64,000 nt of DNA, from NCBI GenBank assembly GCA_963848305.1, contig CAWKDC010000001.1, positions 64,001 to 128,000 on the forward strand, written 5' to 3'. Under the pieces are notes generated by a model. It ran no database searches, had not been told where the DNA came from, and saw only the letters and a list, made by a program, of their open reading frames with translations. Source of the DNA: an uncultured Gammaproteobacteria bacterium. GTDB taxonomy: Bacteria; Pseudomonadota; Gammaproteobacteria; JABCZS01. Below are positions 1 to 9,903 of the stretch, in pieces. Made by a program: the position numbers and the translations under genes. Position 1 is the first letter of the stretch. Each line of letters opens with the position of its first letter.

Positions 1-717
1 CAAATTCGGGGGCAGAAACCCAGGGTGGACTTCACAACAAACAAGTTCGCAAGAGGGCTGGGAGAGCGTCCGAGTGAGTCCCTGAAGAACGGAATGCTCA
101 TGTCCTTCCACATCGATCTTTACTGCCCGAGGTGGAACCAAGCCCCGACTTTCGACAAAACGATCACCGTGGACGACGTTCACACGCTCCGCGTGCACAG
201 GCGCGCCATCGCCGTCATCGGAGCCAACAATGCGCCCTGCGCCCGCCACGTCACCGGTCTGAAGCGTGGCATTGCCGTCCCGGTTACTGAGTGCCAACCG
301 AAAGGGCTGAACGTTGTCCAGGTTATTCAGCTTTAGATTCTCCCGCAATCGTCCGTAGGAGTCAGGTTCAGGCTCGAAAGCAACAACGCGTCCCTCTTCC
401 CCTACTACCTGGGCAAGAAAGACCGTGTACAAGCCCGTCGCTGCGCCGATGTCGTAGAGACAATCTCCTGGGGTGAGCTTCCCCATCAAGAACTCGAGCG
501 TCTCGCGCTCTCCACCCATGGAATCCAAAGCCTGAACCGTGGATGCTGAATAGACATGGAATTGCGCTTGTCGCCCGGCTACGGAGATCTGATGTTTACC
601 GCCTTTAGGAGCAAAGCAAAACCGATATACCCTAAGCAGGAGACCGCGGATCCCCAATAAATCCGTCAACCGAACGAAGAATGGATGTCGGGCAATTCTC
701 TTCAACGAATCTCGCAT
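1..717 (-). CDS. FkbM-family SAM-dependent methyltransferase (3' end runs off the window)
   Basis: Manual minus-strand translation (not in the ORF track): ATG at 717 after an AGGA RBS; MRDSLKR...LYDIGAATGLYT...VVAFEPEP...KIDVEGHE...CEVHP are the FkbM motifs. Confidence 0.88.
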   Translation of the reverse strand, partial: MRDSLKRIARHPFFVRLTDLLGIRGLLLRVYRFCFAPKGGKHQISVAGRQAQFHVYSASTVQALDSMGGERETLEFLMGKLTPGDCLYDIGAATGLYTVFLAQVVGEEGRVVAFEPEPDSYGRLRENLKLNNLDNVQPFRLALSNRDGNATLQTGDVAGAGRIVGSDDGDGAPVHAERVNVVHGDRFVESRGLVPPRAVKIDVEGHEHSVLQGLTRTLSQPSCELVCCEVHPGFLPPNL

Positions 718-1832
718 TGGGTCCTTCTTGCCTCACGATCGTGATATCTCCATTTTCCACCGATTCCCCGGTAGCCATCCACCATCCCTCGAAAAATGGC
801 CAACGCCGCCTGCGGGCGGCGTGAAACTAGATTCTTCAGAATCCGCGCTGAGCACAACACGCTGTTCAGGAGATGAAAAAAAGCGCGCCAAGGCATGGCG
901 AGGTTTCCCCTGGCCATGAAGACGCGGTTCCGGCTCTGGTAGTAATAGGCCAAAGAATTGAACTGACCTCCGCTGCTGCTTGCCGCCCCATGGTGAACGA
1001 CCGCATGGCAGGCCATGACGGTTCTGTAGCCAGCTCGTCGGGCGGCCTCACAGATTTCCATGTCCTCGCCATATAGAAACAACTTTTCATCCAAATAGCA
1101 TCCGCGTAATCGGTAAACATCTTGAAGAGCCGCCCTACGGATGAGCATGGCTGCTCCTGACACCCAGGACATGGCCTGGAACTGCATTCCATTGTCGGGC
1201 CGGGCATGGCGTAAGGGAAAAAGAGGGCGAAACAATTGACGCGCCACGGAGACCGAGTCGTCGCATCCCATGAATTGGTAATGACCGCTCTCTTCATCTT
1301 TGATCAGCGCGCCCACGATGCCCGCGCCACTCACGTGCCCTGCTTCCAGGCCACGCGCCAGACAATCTCTTTCCACCAGCGCATCATTATTGAGGAAAAA
1401 GACGTACTCGGCGGGCAGCAGGCGGCGCAAAGCATACTGGATCGCCACATTGTTCCCGCCCGTAAATCCAAGGTTTTCCGCGTTGTTAATCAGCACCAGC
1501 CGCCGGAAGGAACCGCAACGCTGTAAATCCTGTTCCATGGCCGCATCGCCGCCAGCGACGGCAACCTCCCTGCTGTACTCAACAAAAGCCCCGCCTTCCC
1601 GGAAGTGAGCCTTCGCCCAGGCACGCAACTCCGCAAGGGATTCGTTACCTGAACCATTTTCCACCACAACTATCAGGTAATTTGGATATTCGAGCTGCCG
1701 GACGGATCCGATGCATTCCAAGGTGTGTCGCCAACTATTCCAGTTTAAAATGCTGATCGCCACAAGGGGTGCGGACGGCTCCCACGCAGTTTCCGGTGAG
1801 TTGAGTTCTTGCATGCTCCCCATTTTTTTCAT
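702..1832 (-). CDS. GT2-family glycosyltransferase
   Basis: ISILNWN, VVENGS, NLGFTGGNN, FLNNDA, SGAAMLI, YGEDMEIC motifs. Confidence 0.92.
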   Translation of the reverse strand: MKKMGSMQELNSPETAWEPSAPLVAISILNWNSWRHTLECIGSVRQLEYPNYLIVVVENGSGNESLAELRAWAKAHFREGGAFVEYSREVAVAGGDAAMEQDLQRCGSFRRLVLINNAENLGFTGGNNVAIQYALRRLLPAEYVFFLNNDALVERDCLARGLEAGHVSGAGIVGALIKDEESGHYQFMGCDDSVSVARQLFRPLFPLRHARPDNGMQFQAMSWVSGAAMLIRRAALQDVYRLRGCYLDEKLFLYGEDMEICEAARRAGYRTVMACHAVVHHGAASSSGGQFNSLAYYYQSRNRVFMARGNLAMPWRAFFHLLNSVLCSARILKNLVSRRPQAALAIFRGMVDGYRGIGGKWRYHDREARRTQCEIR

Positions 1833-1835
1833 CCA

Positions 1836-2921
1836 TCACCCGGCCCGCGTTGCAATCAAGACCAGTTCTTCTCCTACTTTGCCGTTTAAAAGACGGAGCG
1901 ACTCTTCCAGGGCCAAAAACGCCCAAGCTTGATAAGCCACGCGGCGGCCGGGCCGGCGCCCGTCGTGCGGATGCGGCACTCCGCGGCGGATCGCCTGACT
2001 AAAGATGTAGATCTCGCGGCTCAAACGATCGATGGTGCGCAGAGACTCCGTGTGCAGCCCCGCCCGATCTGCGCAAGCCTGAAGTCCTCGCAGCGAAAAC
2101 AAGTGCAAATGGCGTGGCGGCTCAAGGCCGCGCCAACAGGATTTGAAGAAGCGGTGCCCGAGACTTTCGACATTTGGCGTTATCGCCACCAGCCGGCCAT
2201 CGGGCTTGAGAACCCGACAGCATTCACGCAGCAAGGCAACGGGATCCGGCACGTGCTCGATAACGTGGTGCAAGGTAATGGCATCGACGGAGGCGGCAGG
2301 CAGCGCCGCTGCCTCCAGCGTGCCGGTAGCCACATCCAAGCCCAAGCGCTCGCGCGCCACACGGGCGGCGTCAGGGTCAGGCTCAACCCCCTGCACTTGC
2401 CAGCCATAATCTCGCATGCGCCCCAGGAAGACCCCGCTTCCGCACCCAATGTCCAGAAGCCGGCCGTCCGCAGCTAGGGGTAAGTACATCACTATGGCCC
2501 CCGCCGCCTCTCGCAGGAGTGGGAACAGTCGCCCCACTTTGCCCACGAGTTCCCACGAGCGGCCGGGGAGAGACGCCCGGTAACCATAGTGCATGGCAAG
2601 GACAGACATTCTTAGCTTGTAATGCCAGCTCGCCGCCACAGGTGGGGCTTCATCAGCGGAGGGCGGCTGCCCATGTGTGTGGTAATGTTCGTAGAGCTTT
2701 CCAATGTCCTCTGGCGCCGGCTGGGGGTTTAGCCACACGAGGCCACACGGTCGGCACTTGAAGAGATTCCACACACCAGGGGCATCGAACAGCCGGTCGC
2801 GGAGGCCGGTGTAAAGGGCTTGGCCCGGGCGCCCGCAGATTCGGCAGATTCCCAAACTCCGGACACGAACCCCCTCGTTCTCAAGCGCCTCCGTGGTTCC
2901 ATTTTTCGAGCAAGAGTTCAT
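1836..2921 (-). CDS. Class I SAM-dependent methyltransferase with an N-terminal Cys (putative Zn) motif
   Basis: CRIC...CRPC, LLDIGCGSG, GVEPD, HVIEHVPDP, PRHLHLFS; start taken at ATG 2921, which overlaps the flippase stop (ATGA). Confidence 0.88.
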   Translation of the reverse strand: MNSCSKNGTTEALENEGVRVRSLGICRICGRPGQALYTGLRDRLFDAPGVWNLFKCRPCGLVWLNPQPAPEDIGKLYEHYHTHGQPPSADEAPPVAASWHYKLRMSVLAMHYGYRASLPGRSWELVGKVGRLFPLLREAAGAIVMYLPLAADGRLLDIGCGSGVFLGRMRDYGWQVQGVEPDPDAARVARERLGLDVATGTLEAAALPAASVDAITLHHVIEHVPDPVALLRECCRVLKPDGRLVAITPNVESLGHRFFKSCWRGLEPPRHLHLFSLRGLQACADRAGLHTESLRTIDRLSREIYIFSQAIRRGVPHPHDGRRPGRRVAYQAWAFLALEESLRLLNGKVGEELVLIATRAG

Positions 2922-4474
2922 CAGCGCGATACCTTGACCCACTGTCGGATGTGCCCCTTCTCCTCCAGGTCCAGGATGTAATGCCAAGTAACCACCAGGA
3001 ATCCGGCAGCCAGGAGCAAACTAAAGAAGATCTGGGCGAGTAGGTTGTGGCTCCAGACCCATAGAGCCAGGAAGCCAAGGGTCAGGGCAGCCAGGATCGC
3101 AAGGCTTCGCAATACGTCTCTACCCGCAAGTAAGCGGGGGGAGGAGTGCGTCACCCAGAGGGCGGCAATGGTGAGAAGCAGGAAATCAAGGGTGACGCGG
3201 GCGGAAAAGGCGAGGGCCGCTCCGGGCAGCCCAAGCTTCGTGACCAGGAACCAAAGCAGGCCGAGATGGAAAGGAACTTCGAGAAGATGAAACTTGGCAG
3301 TCAAGTCAGGGCGCCCGACCCCCTGCAAAAGATTGTAAGGAACGTAGGCAAGGGCGTTAATCAGTGTTCCCACCGTAAGGATCTGAAGCACCAGCGTGCC
3401 CTCGGAGGCAAATTTGGCGCCGACCCAGAGGGTCAGAAGCGGACGCGCGAAGAAGATCATAGCAAGCGATGCCGCTCCAACCACAAGCAACACGTATTTA
3501 AGAGAACGGACCAGGGCGGTGCTGATCCACGCATTGTCACCGCGCCCGTGAGAGGTGCTGAAGGCCGGAAATAGGGCGGCGGTAAGGCTGGCGGGAAGGA
3601 TGATCAACTTGGACGAAATCATGAACGGGGGCGTATAGAAGCCGATCGCCGCGACGGACAAGAGTCCGCCGATAACAAATCGATCAAAGTAAGTCAGGAT
3701 TGGGATAACGGCGCCAGAGACCGTGACCCAGCCACCGAAGCCGAGCAGGGGAAGAACGAGCGAGCGCTGGTATGTTATGGCATGTCTTAGAACTGGGTAA
3801 AGACGCAGGCAGAGGAGGCCATAACCCCCCAACGCCACAATTCGGCTCAACACCAAACCCAATACGACAGCACGAAGGCCAAACCCCACGGCCAACATCA
3901 TAGCGGGTAGGAGGTAATAGAGCACCGCGCTGGGCAGGCTGATTGCATTCACGAGGTCGAATCGCTGAGAAGCCCCTAGCACGCCCTGGAACGTGCCCGT
4001 GGCAAATCCAATGGGCAGGGAAATGGCCAGAATCAGAAAGACCCAGTGGGCCTCCGTTCGGAGTTGGGGCGGAATCTTGAGGAGGCGATCGGAAAGGGCG
4101 GGCGAGCCTGCGGCGAACAGAACGCCAGCCAGCATACCAAAGCCCGTTTGCGTGGCCACGGCGGTCCAAACCAGCGCGGGCAGGCGATCGAGTTCACCCT
4201 TGCCGAGAAGTTCCGCAACAAATTTGGTGGTAGCAGGGCCGATGCCGAAATCGAGGAGAGCGAAATAGCCGACGACCAGCCAGGCGAGCGACAGCAGGCC
4301 GAAACGGTCCGCGCCCAGGCGGCGGATTACATAAGGCATCGTAACAATGCCAACCAGGAGCGGGATGACCTGCCCGGCAACATTCAATGCCGTGTTGCGG
4401 GCCAGCACATGACTACCAATTTTCAGGGCTGGGGCACGCGAAGGCTTCGGCGCAGTTTCAACTGACATTTCCAT
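2921..4474 (-). CDS. wzx: Wzx-type polysaccharide flippase
   Basis: LARNTALN...LGADRFG...DFGIG motifs, many TM segments, DRFVIG; polysaccharide locus context. Confidence 0.9.
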   Translation of the reverse strand: MEMSVETAPKPSRAPALKIGSHVLARNTALNVAGQVIPLLVGIVTMPYVIRRLGADRFGLLSLAWLVVGYFALLDFGIGPATTKFVAELLGKGELDRLPALVWTAVATQTGFGMLAGVLFAAGSPALSDRLLKIPPQLRTEAHWVFLILAISLPIGFATGTFQGVLGASQRFDLVNAISLPSAVLYYLLPAMMLAVGFGLRAVVLGLVLSRIVALGGYGLLCLRLYPVLRHAITYQRSLVLPLLGFGGWVTVSGAVIPILTYFDRFVIGGLLSVAAIGFYTPPFMISSKLIILPASLTAALFPAFSTSHGRGDNAWISTALVRSLKYVLLVVGAASLAMIFFARPLLTLWVGAKFASEGTLVLQILTVGTLINALAYVPYNLLQGVGRPDLTAKFHLLEVPFHLGLLWFLVTKLGLPGAALAFSARVTLDFLLLTIAALWVTHSSPRLLAGRDVLRSLAILAALTLGFLALWVWSHNLLAQIFFSLLLAAGFLVVTWHYILDLEEKGHIRQWVKVSR

Positions 4475-4506
4475 CTTGGTTTACTGACAAATGGCGAGTA
4501 TACGCT

Positions 4507-5327
4507 TTAACCGCCGCGCCGCGCAATTCCACTGCCCCTCCCGTCCCTGGGTCCCCGCCTGTGCCCCATCACATCGAGGAGCGAGAGAGCCATAAACTGG
4601 GGGCCGTAGATCAAGGCCCGTCGCCAGACGGTGCGGGGCTCATGCAACAATCGCCATAGCCATTCCAAGCCGGATTGGCTGGCCCAGCGCGGAGCCGGAA
4701 CAACTCTTCCACTGTGAAACTTGATCGCCGCCCCGACCGCGACGATCACCGGCGCCTTCAGCCGGTCGCGGTGGGCGACAATCCACCTCTCCTGTTTGGG
4801 AAGCCCCAGCGCCACCCAAAGCACATCGGGGTTAGCCTGATTAATCATTTCAATGACTTGCGCGTCTTCTTCGGGAGTAAGCTGGCGAAAAGGGGGCGAA
4901 TAGGCGCCGACAATCTGTACCCCCGGGTGCTTCTGCCGCAGCCGGTTGCTCGCCGAGCGTCAGGGTTTCATCCGTATCACCGTAGAAGTAATTGGTGATA
5001 TCCCTTCTCGCGGGAAAGCTCACAAAATGCCGACATTAAATCCGCCCCGCGAACCTGATGGGTGGCACAGGACATTTTTTTGGCCGCAACCCGGGCAGCC
5101 CAGCGCCCGTCCGGCACGGAAAGGTCGGCGGTATGGAGAACGGCACGGAAATCGGGGTGCTTGTGCGCCTCAAGCGCCCCGTGCGAACCCGTCACCGCGA
5201 TCCAATGGGGCTGGCGACGCTCCCGGATCCATTGCTCCATCAAGCGCAAGACAGACTTAATGTCAATAATATGAACGGGCGCTCCGAGAACCTCGGTGCA
5301 GGGCGGGAGCCCGGCCTGTTCGGTCAA
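4507..5327 (-). CDS. WecB/TagA/CpsF (GT26) glycosyltransferase; apparent frameshifts near 4955-5000
   Basis: N-part ADLSVPDG...VRGADL; middle YFYG and YSPPF read in shifted frames; C-part PDVLWVALGLPKQE, GLEWLWRL..EPR. Confidence 0.88.
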
Positions 5328-6064
5328 AAGGTTGCGCTTCCATATTCATGTTGGACTACGGTAACTTTCGGCCGCGCGGCACCCATTAGCCCTTTACCCC
5401 GAATGGCTGGCGCTTCGCACGGGGGCTTGCCTACCGGCGCCATTCGCTTTTTTGAGGCCCGCCGCCCGCCCAGCAACCGTGGCAGCTTTGCTGAGCGCTC
5501 TTCCCATTTTCCGGTAAAGGTCACGAGGAAGGAGATGAAAACCAGGCGAAGGTCCAACCAAAAGCTTTGCTTCTTGATGTAGACAAGATCGTAACGGAGC
5601 TTCTGGCGGCGGGGCAATTCGCTGTGGCCATAAATCTGAGCGATTCCGGTAAGCCCTGGGGTAACGGCGTGACGGCGGTCGAACCCGGGTATTTCCACCC
5701 GAAATTTCTTCACCAGTTCCGACCACTCGGGCCGAGGTCCGACAAAACTCATGTCACCGCGGAAGATATTCCAAAGCTGCGGAAGCTCGTCCATCGCCGT
5801 GGCACGCAGAATCCGGCCCACGCGCGTAATTCGCGGATCGCGTTCGGTGGCCGGAACGACTCCCCACTTGGCATCCGAATCCGGCACCATGGAGCGGAAC
5901 TTGACGCTTTGGAATTCCTTGCAATCCTTCCCCACGCGGGGTTGGCCATAGAAAATGGGACCGCCATCCTCGATCTTAATGGCAACGGCAATCGTCGCCC
6001 AAATCGGCGAAGAAACAATCAAGCCGAGTCCGGAAAGCGAAATGTCAAAGATGCGTTTGAGCAT
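5324..6064 (-). CDS. Priming sugar transferase (bacterial sugar transferase, WcaJ/WbaP C-terminal domain)
   Basis: [46 protein letters not shown]. Confidence 0.93.
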   Translation of the reverse strand: MLKRIFDISLSGLGLIVSSPIWATIAVAIKIEDGGPIFYGQPRVGKDCKEFQSVKFRSMVPDSDAKWGVVPATERDPRITRVGRILRATAMDELPQLWNIFRGDMSFVGPRPEWSELVKKFRVEIPGFDRRHAVTPGLTGIAQIYGHSELPRRQKLRYDLVYIKKQSFWLDLRLVFISFLVTFTGKWEERSAKLPRLLGGRRASKKRMAPVGKPPCEAPAIRGKGLMGAARPKVTVVQHEYGSATF

Positions 6065-6075
6065 GTTTAGTTTAT

Positions 6076-6099
6076 AGGTTACAGGGCATAGGTTACAGC
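6076..6099 (+). repeat. Left inverted-repeat arm flanking the four-helix-bundle gene
   Basis: AGGTTACAGGGCATAGGTTACAGC; 21/24 match to the reverse complement of 6579-6602. Confidence 0.8.
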
Positions 6100-6135
6100 A
6101 CTCAAGCTACCATCTAAACTTATGATTCCCTGCCC

Positions 6136-6558
6136 CTATTGCCTTTCACCTGATCCTTCGAGCAGGCGCTTCCGCAACGCTGTAAGCATCTTGCTTATTT
6201 CAGTTATCAGACTAAGACTCGGTTCTGCCTCGTCTTTGGTCAAGTAGACCAGTCGGACAGCCAACATCAAGAAAGTCTCGGTCTCCATAAGAGAGCCTTT
6301 AGCGATTGCTAGAAAATTTGCATAGTCCTTCCGGCTTCCCCGGGCGCTGCCTTCCGCGATATTGGCCGGGACAGATGCCACTGCTCGGGTGATTTGTGCA
6401 GTAAGACGGTACATTTCTGTCGGTGGAAACCGGGATGCCAGACGATATATTTGGACAGCCAAGTCCATCGCCTTCTGCCATACAACCAAGTCGCGATGCG
6501 ATCTTATCGGTCGCCTGTCGCCTATAACCAAACAACCTGACCCCTGGTCACCAATCAC
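6136..6558 (-). CDS. Four-helix-bundle protein (23S rRNA intervening-sequence protein / Avd-like family)
   Basis: HRDLVVWQKAMDLA, FP..E.Y.L..QI.RA..SVPANIAEG..R, FL.IAKGSL.ETET. Confidence 0.92.
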   Translation of the reverse strand: MIGDQGSGCLVIGDRRPIRSHRDLVVWQKAMDLAVQIYRLASRFPPTEMYRLTAQITRAVASVPANIAEGSARGSRKDYANFLAIAKGSLMETETFLMLAVRLVYLTKDEAEPSLSLITEISKMLTALRKRLLEGSGERQ

Positions 6559-6578
6559 CTTTCCCCCGTAGCCGGAGA

Positions 6579-6602
6579 CCTGTAACCTGTCCCCTGTAAC
6601 CT
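6579..6602 (+). repeat. Right inverted-repeat arm flanking the four-helix-bundle gene
   Basis: CCTGTAACCTGTCCCCTGTAACCT; on the minus strand these are AGGTTAC/AGGGGAC heptamers. Confidence 0.8.
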
Positions 6603-6603
6603 T

Positions 6604-7764
6604 TTACCTTTCGCCTCCCAAGCCACCGGGCAATGTCAGCAGGGCTCGCAAGGTTGCCAGCAGTGCACGATGGTGCCAATCAAACTTCAGCTTGCCATTC
6701 AATCGAACCAACAGGTTGGAGGCATTTGCTGCATCGAAGAATCTGTCAATTTGCTTGTCAGTAAAGTGGCTGGCAAGCTTCCGGGCGAAATATCCAACCA
6801 TCAACTCATTGCCGAAAGTCGATCGCCAATAACGTTCGAATTCGCCCAAGGTCCGGGCGTTGAAGTTCTTGCTCCGGAAAGCGCGAATCAGCACGTCAGC
6901 CACCAGTTCGGCGGAAAGTAGCCCGTAGTAGATTCCGCCACCCGTTGTGGTCTTGATGTGCCCGGCCGCTTCACCTGCGGCGATAACGCGGTCCGAAACG
7001 CAGCGACCCACGGCGGCCTGGGCAATCCCCTTTCGATCGATACGTAATGTCGAAATGTCTGTCTGGGGCGCAATTCTACGGACGAGCCTGGCGAAATAAG
7101 GGTCGGGGTTGTCCTCCGTCATAAGCCCCACTCTCCACCGGTTGTTACCCAGAGGAATTTCCCAGCCAAATGCGCCGGGGGCAACCCCTTGGCCCACAAA
7201 TACCCGGGTGGCATTCCCATGCCCATTAGGTGGCAGGGACATTTCCGCCTGGACGGCGCGAAGGAATTGCCGGGGATGCGCCAATCCCAGGGCAGAGTTC
7301 AAGGAACCATTAACGCCGGTGGTTATGACCGCCACCTGTGCCCGCACTCTGGCCGGCCCTGTCTCCGAATGGCGGAATTGGACTTCCACCGAATGTTTTT
7401 CAACCTGCAGAGAATTCACCCAGCAACCAAGCTGCAAGTTCACGCCGGCGTTAACGGCGCGCTGGGCCAAAGCACGATTAAATTCACCTTTATCGATTAC
7501 CTGTGCGAGCGGCGCATCCGTCCGATGCTCCAACTTCCTTCCCCCGGGGGAAATGGCTTGAATGCATCGAATGTTTGACAAGATAGGCTGCGAGGGAAGG
7601 TCAAATCGAGGAAAAGCTTCGTCACCGACCACGCCCGAGCAGATCGCCCTTTCGCCAACCCGGTTTTGGGCCTCGAAGAGGACAACATCCAGCCCTGCCT
7701 GTGCCAACAGAAAAGAGGCGTGAATGCCTGCCGGACCTGCTCCGATGACGACTACGTCCTTCAA
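6604..7764 (-). CDS. Geranylgeranyl-reductase-family FAD-dependent oxidoreductase
   Basis: DVVVIGAGPAG, CSG, FGWEIP, GEAAGHIKTTTGGGIYYG motifs. Confidence 0.85.
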   Translation of the reverse strand: MKDVVVIGAGPAGIHASFLLAQAGLDVVLFEAQNRVGERAICSGVVGDEAFPRFDLPSQPILSNIRCIQAISPGGRKLEHRTDAPLAQVIDKGEFNRALAQRAVNAGVNLQLGCWVNSLQVEKHSVEVQFRHSETGPARVRAQVAVITTGVNGSLNSALGLAHPRQFLRAVQAEMSLPPNGHGNATRVFVGQGVAPGAFGWEIPLGNNRWRVGLMTEDNPDPYFARLVRRIAPQTDISTLRIDRKGIAQAAVGRCVSDRVIAAGEAAGHIKTTTGGGIYYGLLSAELVADVLIRAFRSKNFNARTLGEFERYWRSTFGNELMVGYFARKLASHFTDKQIDRFFDAANASNLLVRLNGKLKFDWHHRALLATLRALLTLPGGLGGER

Positions 7765-7867
7765 ACTGTCTCCCTCGCCCTTCTATTCGTCTTGATACTT
7801 CCCCAGCAACAGAATTCAGTGAAATCACTTAGACCGCGTAAGCCCATCGTAGTTGATGTCCGGATCG

Positions 7868-8782
7868 TCAAAACCCTGTCACCTGCGACTGGAGCAACTC
7901 CTGGCCACGCCCAGATATCTGTATATTGAACTCGCCCAATCGTTGGCCTTCCTTGAGGTAATGCGCCAGACCGACCATCCAATGGGGAAGGGCGCCCAGA
8001 TGATTTTCAATCAAGCGACGATTTTCCAGCACGGAATACGCCGGCCGAGGGGCCCTTCGTCCGGATTCCTGAGTCGAAATCGGTACCACGCGCACTCGCT
8101 TCAGTCCCGCCAATTCTACGATCGACTGGGCAAATTCAAACCAACTACAGTTCCCCGCCCCTGTCGCGTGGTAGATTCCGTAAGCTTCGGTTCGCATCAT
8201 CTCTGCAAGCTTCAAAGCCAAGTGGTGCGTATACGTCGGGGAGCCCCGTTGGTCACTCACCACCCGAAGCTCGTCACGCTCCATGGCAAATTTGACAATC
8301 GTGGCCACAAAATTCTTGCCGCGCGGCCCGTACAGCCAAGAAGATCTGACAATGAAGTACCGCTTGAGCAACGACTGCACGTGACATTCGCCCCCCAACT
8401 TCGACTGGCCGTAAACGCTGAGGGGATGGGTGGCGTCATCCTCCCGATAGGGTCTTTCCGATGATCCATCAAATACATAGTCGGTGCTAACGTACAGCAA
8501 AATCGCGCCGCTTTCGGCACAAGATCGCGCCAGATTCCGCGTCCCCTGGGTATTGACCTCGTCGGCCAACCGGGGGTTCGCTTCACAACCGTCGACATCC
8601 GTGTAGGCAGCGAGGTGATACACAAAATCCGGCCGCAAATCCCGAAAAGCCTTTTGAACCGCGGCCTCATGAGAGATGTCAAAATCGTTGAGGTCCACGC
8701 CCACAACTTCGTGTTCGCTCCCCAGGCATGGCAGCAGCGCATTCGCCAGCATTCCCTTGGCGCCCGTGACAAGAACGCGCAC
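7868..8782 (-). CDS. rfbD: dTDP-4-dehydrorhamnose reductase
   Basis: VLVTGAKGML, AAYTDVDGCE, STDYVFDG, YGQSK, DQRGSPT, APRPAYSVL. Confidence 0.95.
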   Translation of the reverse strand: MRVLVTGAKGMLANALLPCLGSEHEVVGVDLNDFDISHEAAVQKAFRDLRPDFVYHLAAYTDVDGCEANPRLADEVNTQGTRNLARSCAESGAILLYVSTDYVFDGSSERPYREDDATHPLSVYGQSKLGGECHVQSLLKRYFIVRSSWLYGPRGKNFVATIVKFAMERDELRVVSDQRGSPTYTHHLALKLAEMMRTEAYGIYHATGAGNCSWFEFAQSIVELAGLKRVRVVPISTQESGRRAPRPAYSVLENRRLIENHLGALPHWMVGLAHYLKEGQRLGEFNIQISGRGQELLQSQVTGF

Positions 8783-9829
8783 TACTTTCTTCCTCCGCGG
8801 TTGAGCACTTTCTTCATCGTGGAATCCCGACGATCATACTGCTGGCGGTAATATGCACGATAGGCGCGCGCCGTCACGCGCCTTATCCATTCACCGTTGG
8901 AAAGGTACCAGTCAACAGTTTGCTTCAGTCCATCTTCCAAGGTTATTTGCGGCCCCCAACCCAATTCCTTTTTTGCCTTTTCGCTGTTGAGGGCGTACCG
9001 GCGGTCATGACCGGGGCGATCCTGCACATAGGTCAGCAAGGAATCGGGCTTTGCCGACAAGCTGCAAAATACGGCGCGCGATTTCAAGGTTGGGCCATTC
9101 GTTCCCGGCGCCCAGATTGTAAATCTCTCCGTCACGGCCCTGGTGCAGGGCAGCATCCAGCCCTGCGCAATGATCCATGACATGGATCCAATCCCTGATC
9201 TGTAGCCCGTCCCCGTACACAGGAATATTCTCCCCCTGAAGTGCACGGGTAATAATGAGTGGGATGAATTTCTCCGGGTACTGGTAGGGGCCGTAGTTAT
9301 TTGTGCACCTTGTGATAATAACCGGAAATCGGTAAGTACGGAAGTAGGCACGAGACAGGAGGTCGGCGCCGGCTTTACTGGCCGCGTAAGGGCTGTTGGG
9401 GGCGATAAGGGATTCCTCCGTGAACTTTTCGCCGGAGGGAGCGCTTCCGTACACCTCATCGGTGCTTACCAGGATAAACCGTTTGACTCCCGCGTGACGG
9501 GCGGCGTCGAGCAAGCACTGAGTTCCGAGAACATTCGTTTTAACGAAGGCGGTGCTATCTAGAATGCTCCGGTCAACGTGGGATTCGGCCGCGAAATGGA
9601 CGACCGCGTCAACCCCCTTCAAGACTTCCCGAGCTTTACTGCGATCACCAATGTCTCCGCGTACAAAAGCGTGCCGTTTGTTCTTTTCCAAATCCCGCAG
9701 GGTATGAAGGTTGCCGGAGTAGGTCAGCTTGTCCAGATCTAGAATTGAATACCCGGAGTGGTGCGCAAGGATGTAGCGAATAAAGTTCGAACCGATGAAT
9801 CCTGCTCCCCCTGTGACCACGAGCTTCAT
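8782..9829 (-). CDS. rfbB: dTDP-glucose 4,6-dehydratase; frameshift near 9050
   Basis: VTGGAGFIGSNF, DKLTYSG, HFAAESHVDRSI, STDEVYG, PYAASKA; C-terminal DRPGHDRRYA lies in the adjacent frame. Confidence 0.93.
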
Positions 9830-9903
9830 TTCTAGCCCTCTATTTCTATATGGAGTTAAACGGGTATTCCAAGACCGTGACAAAGTACTTGGGCCTTGAG
9901 AAG

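Noticed and set aside
6136-6558. Diversity-generating retroelement (Avd-like gene)
   Set aside because: No reverse transcriptase and no TR/VR pair with adenine-specific mismatches in the window.
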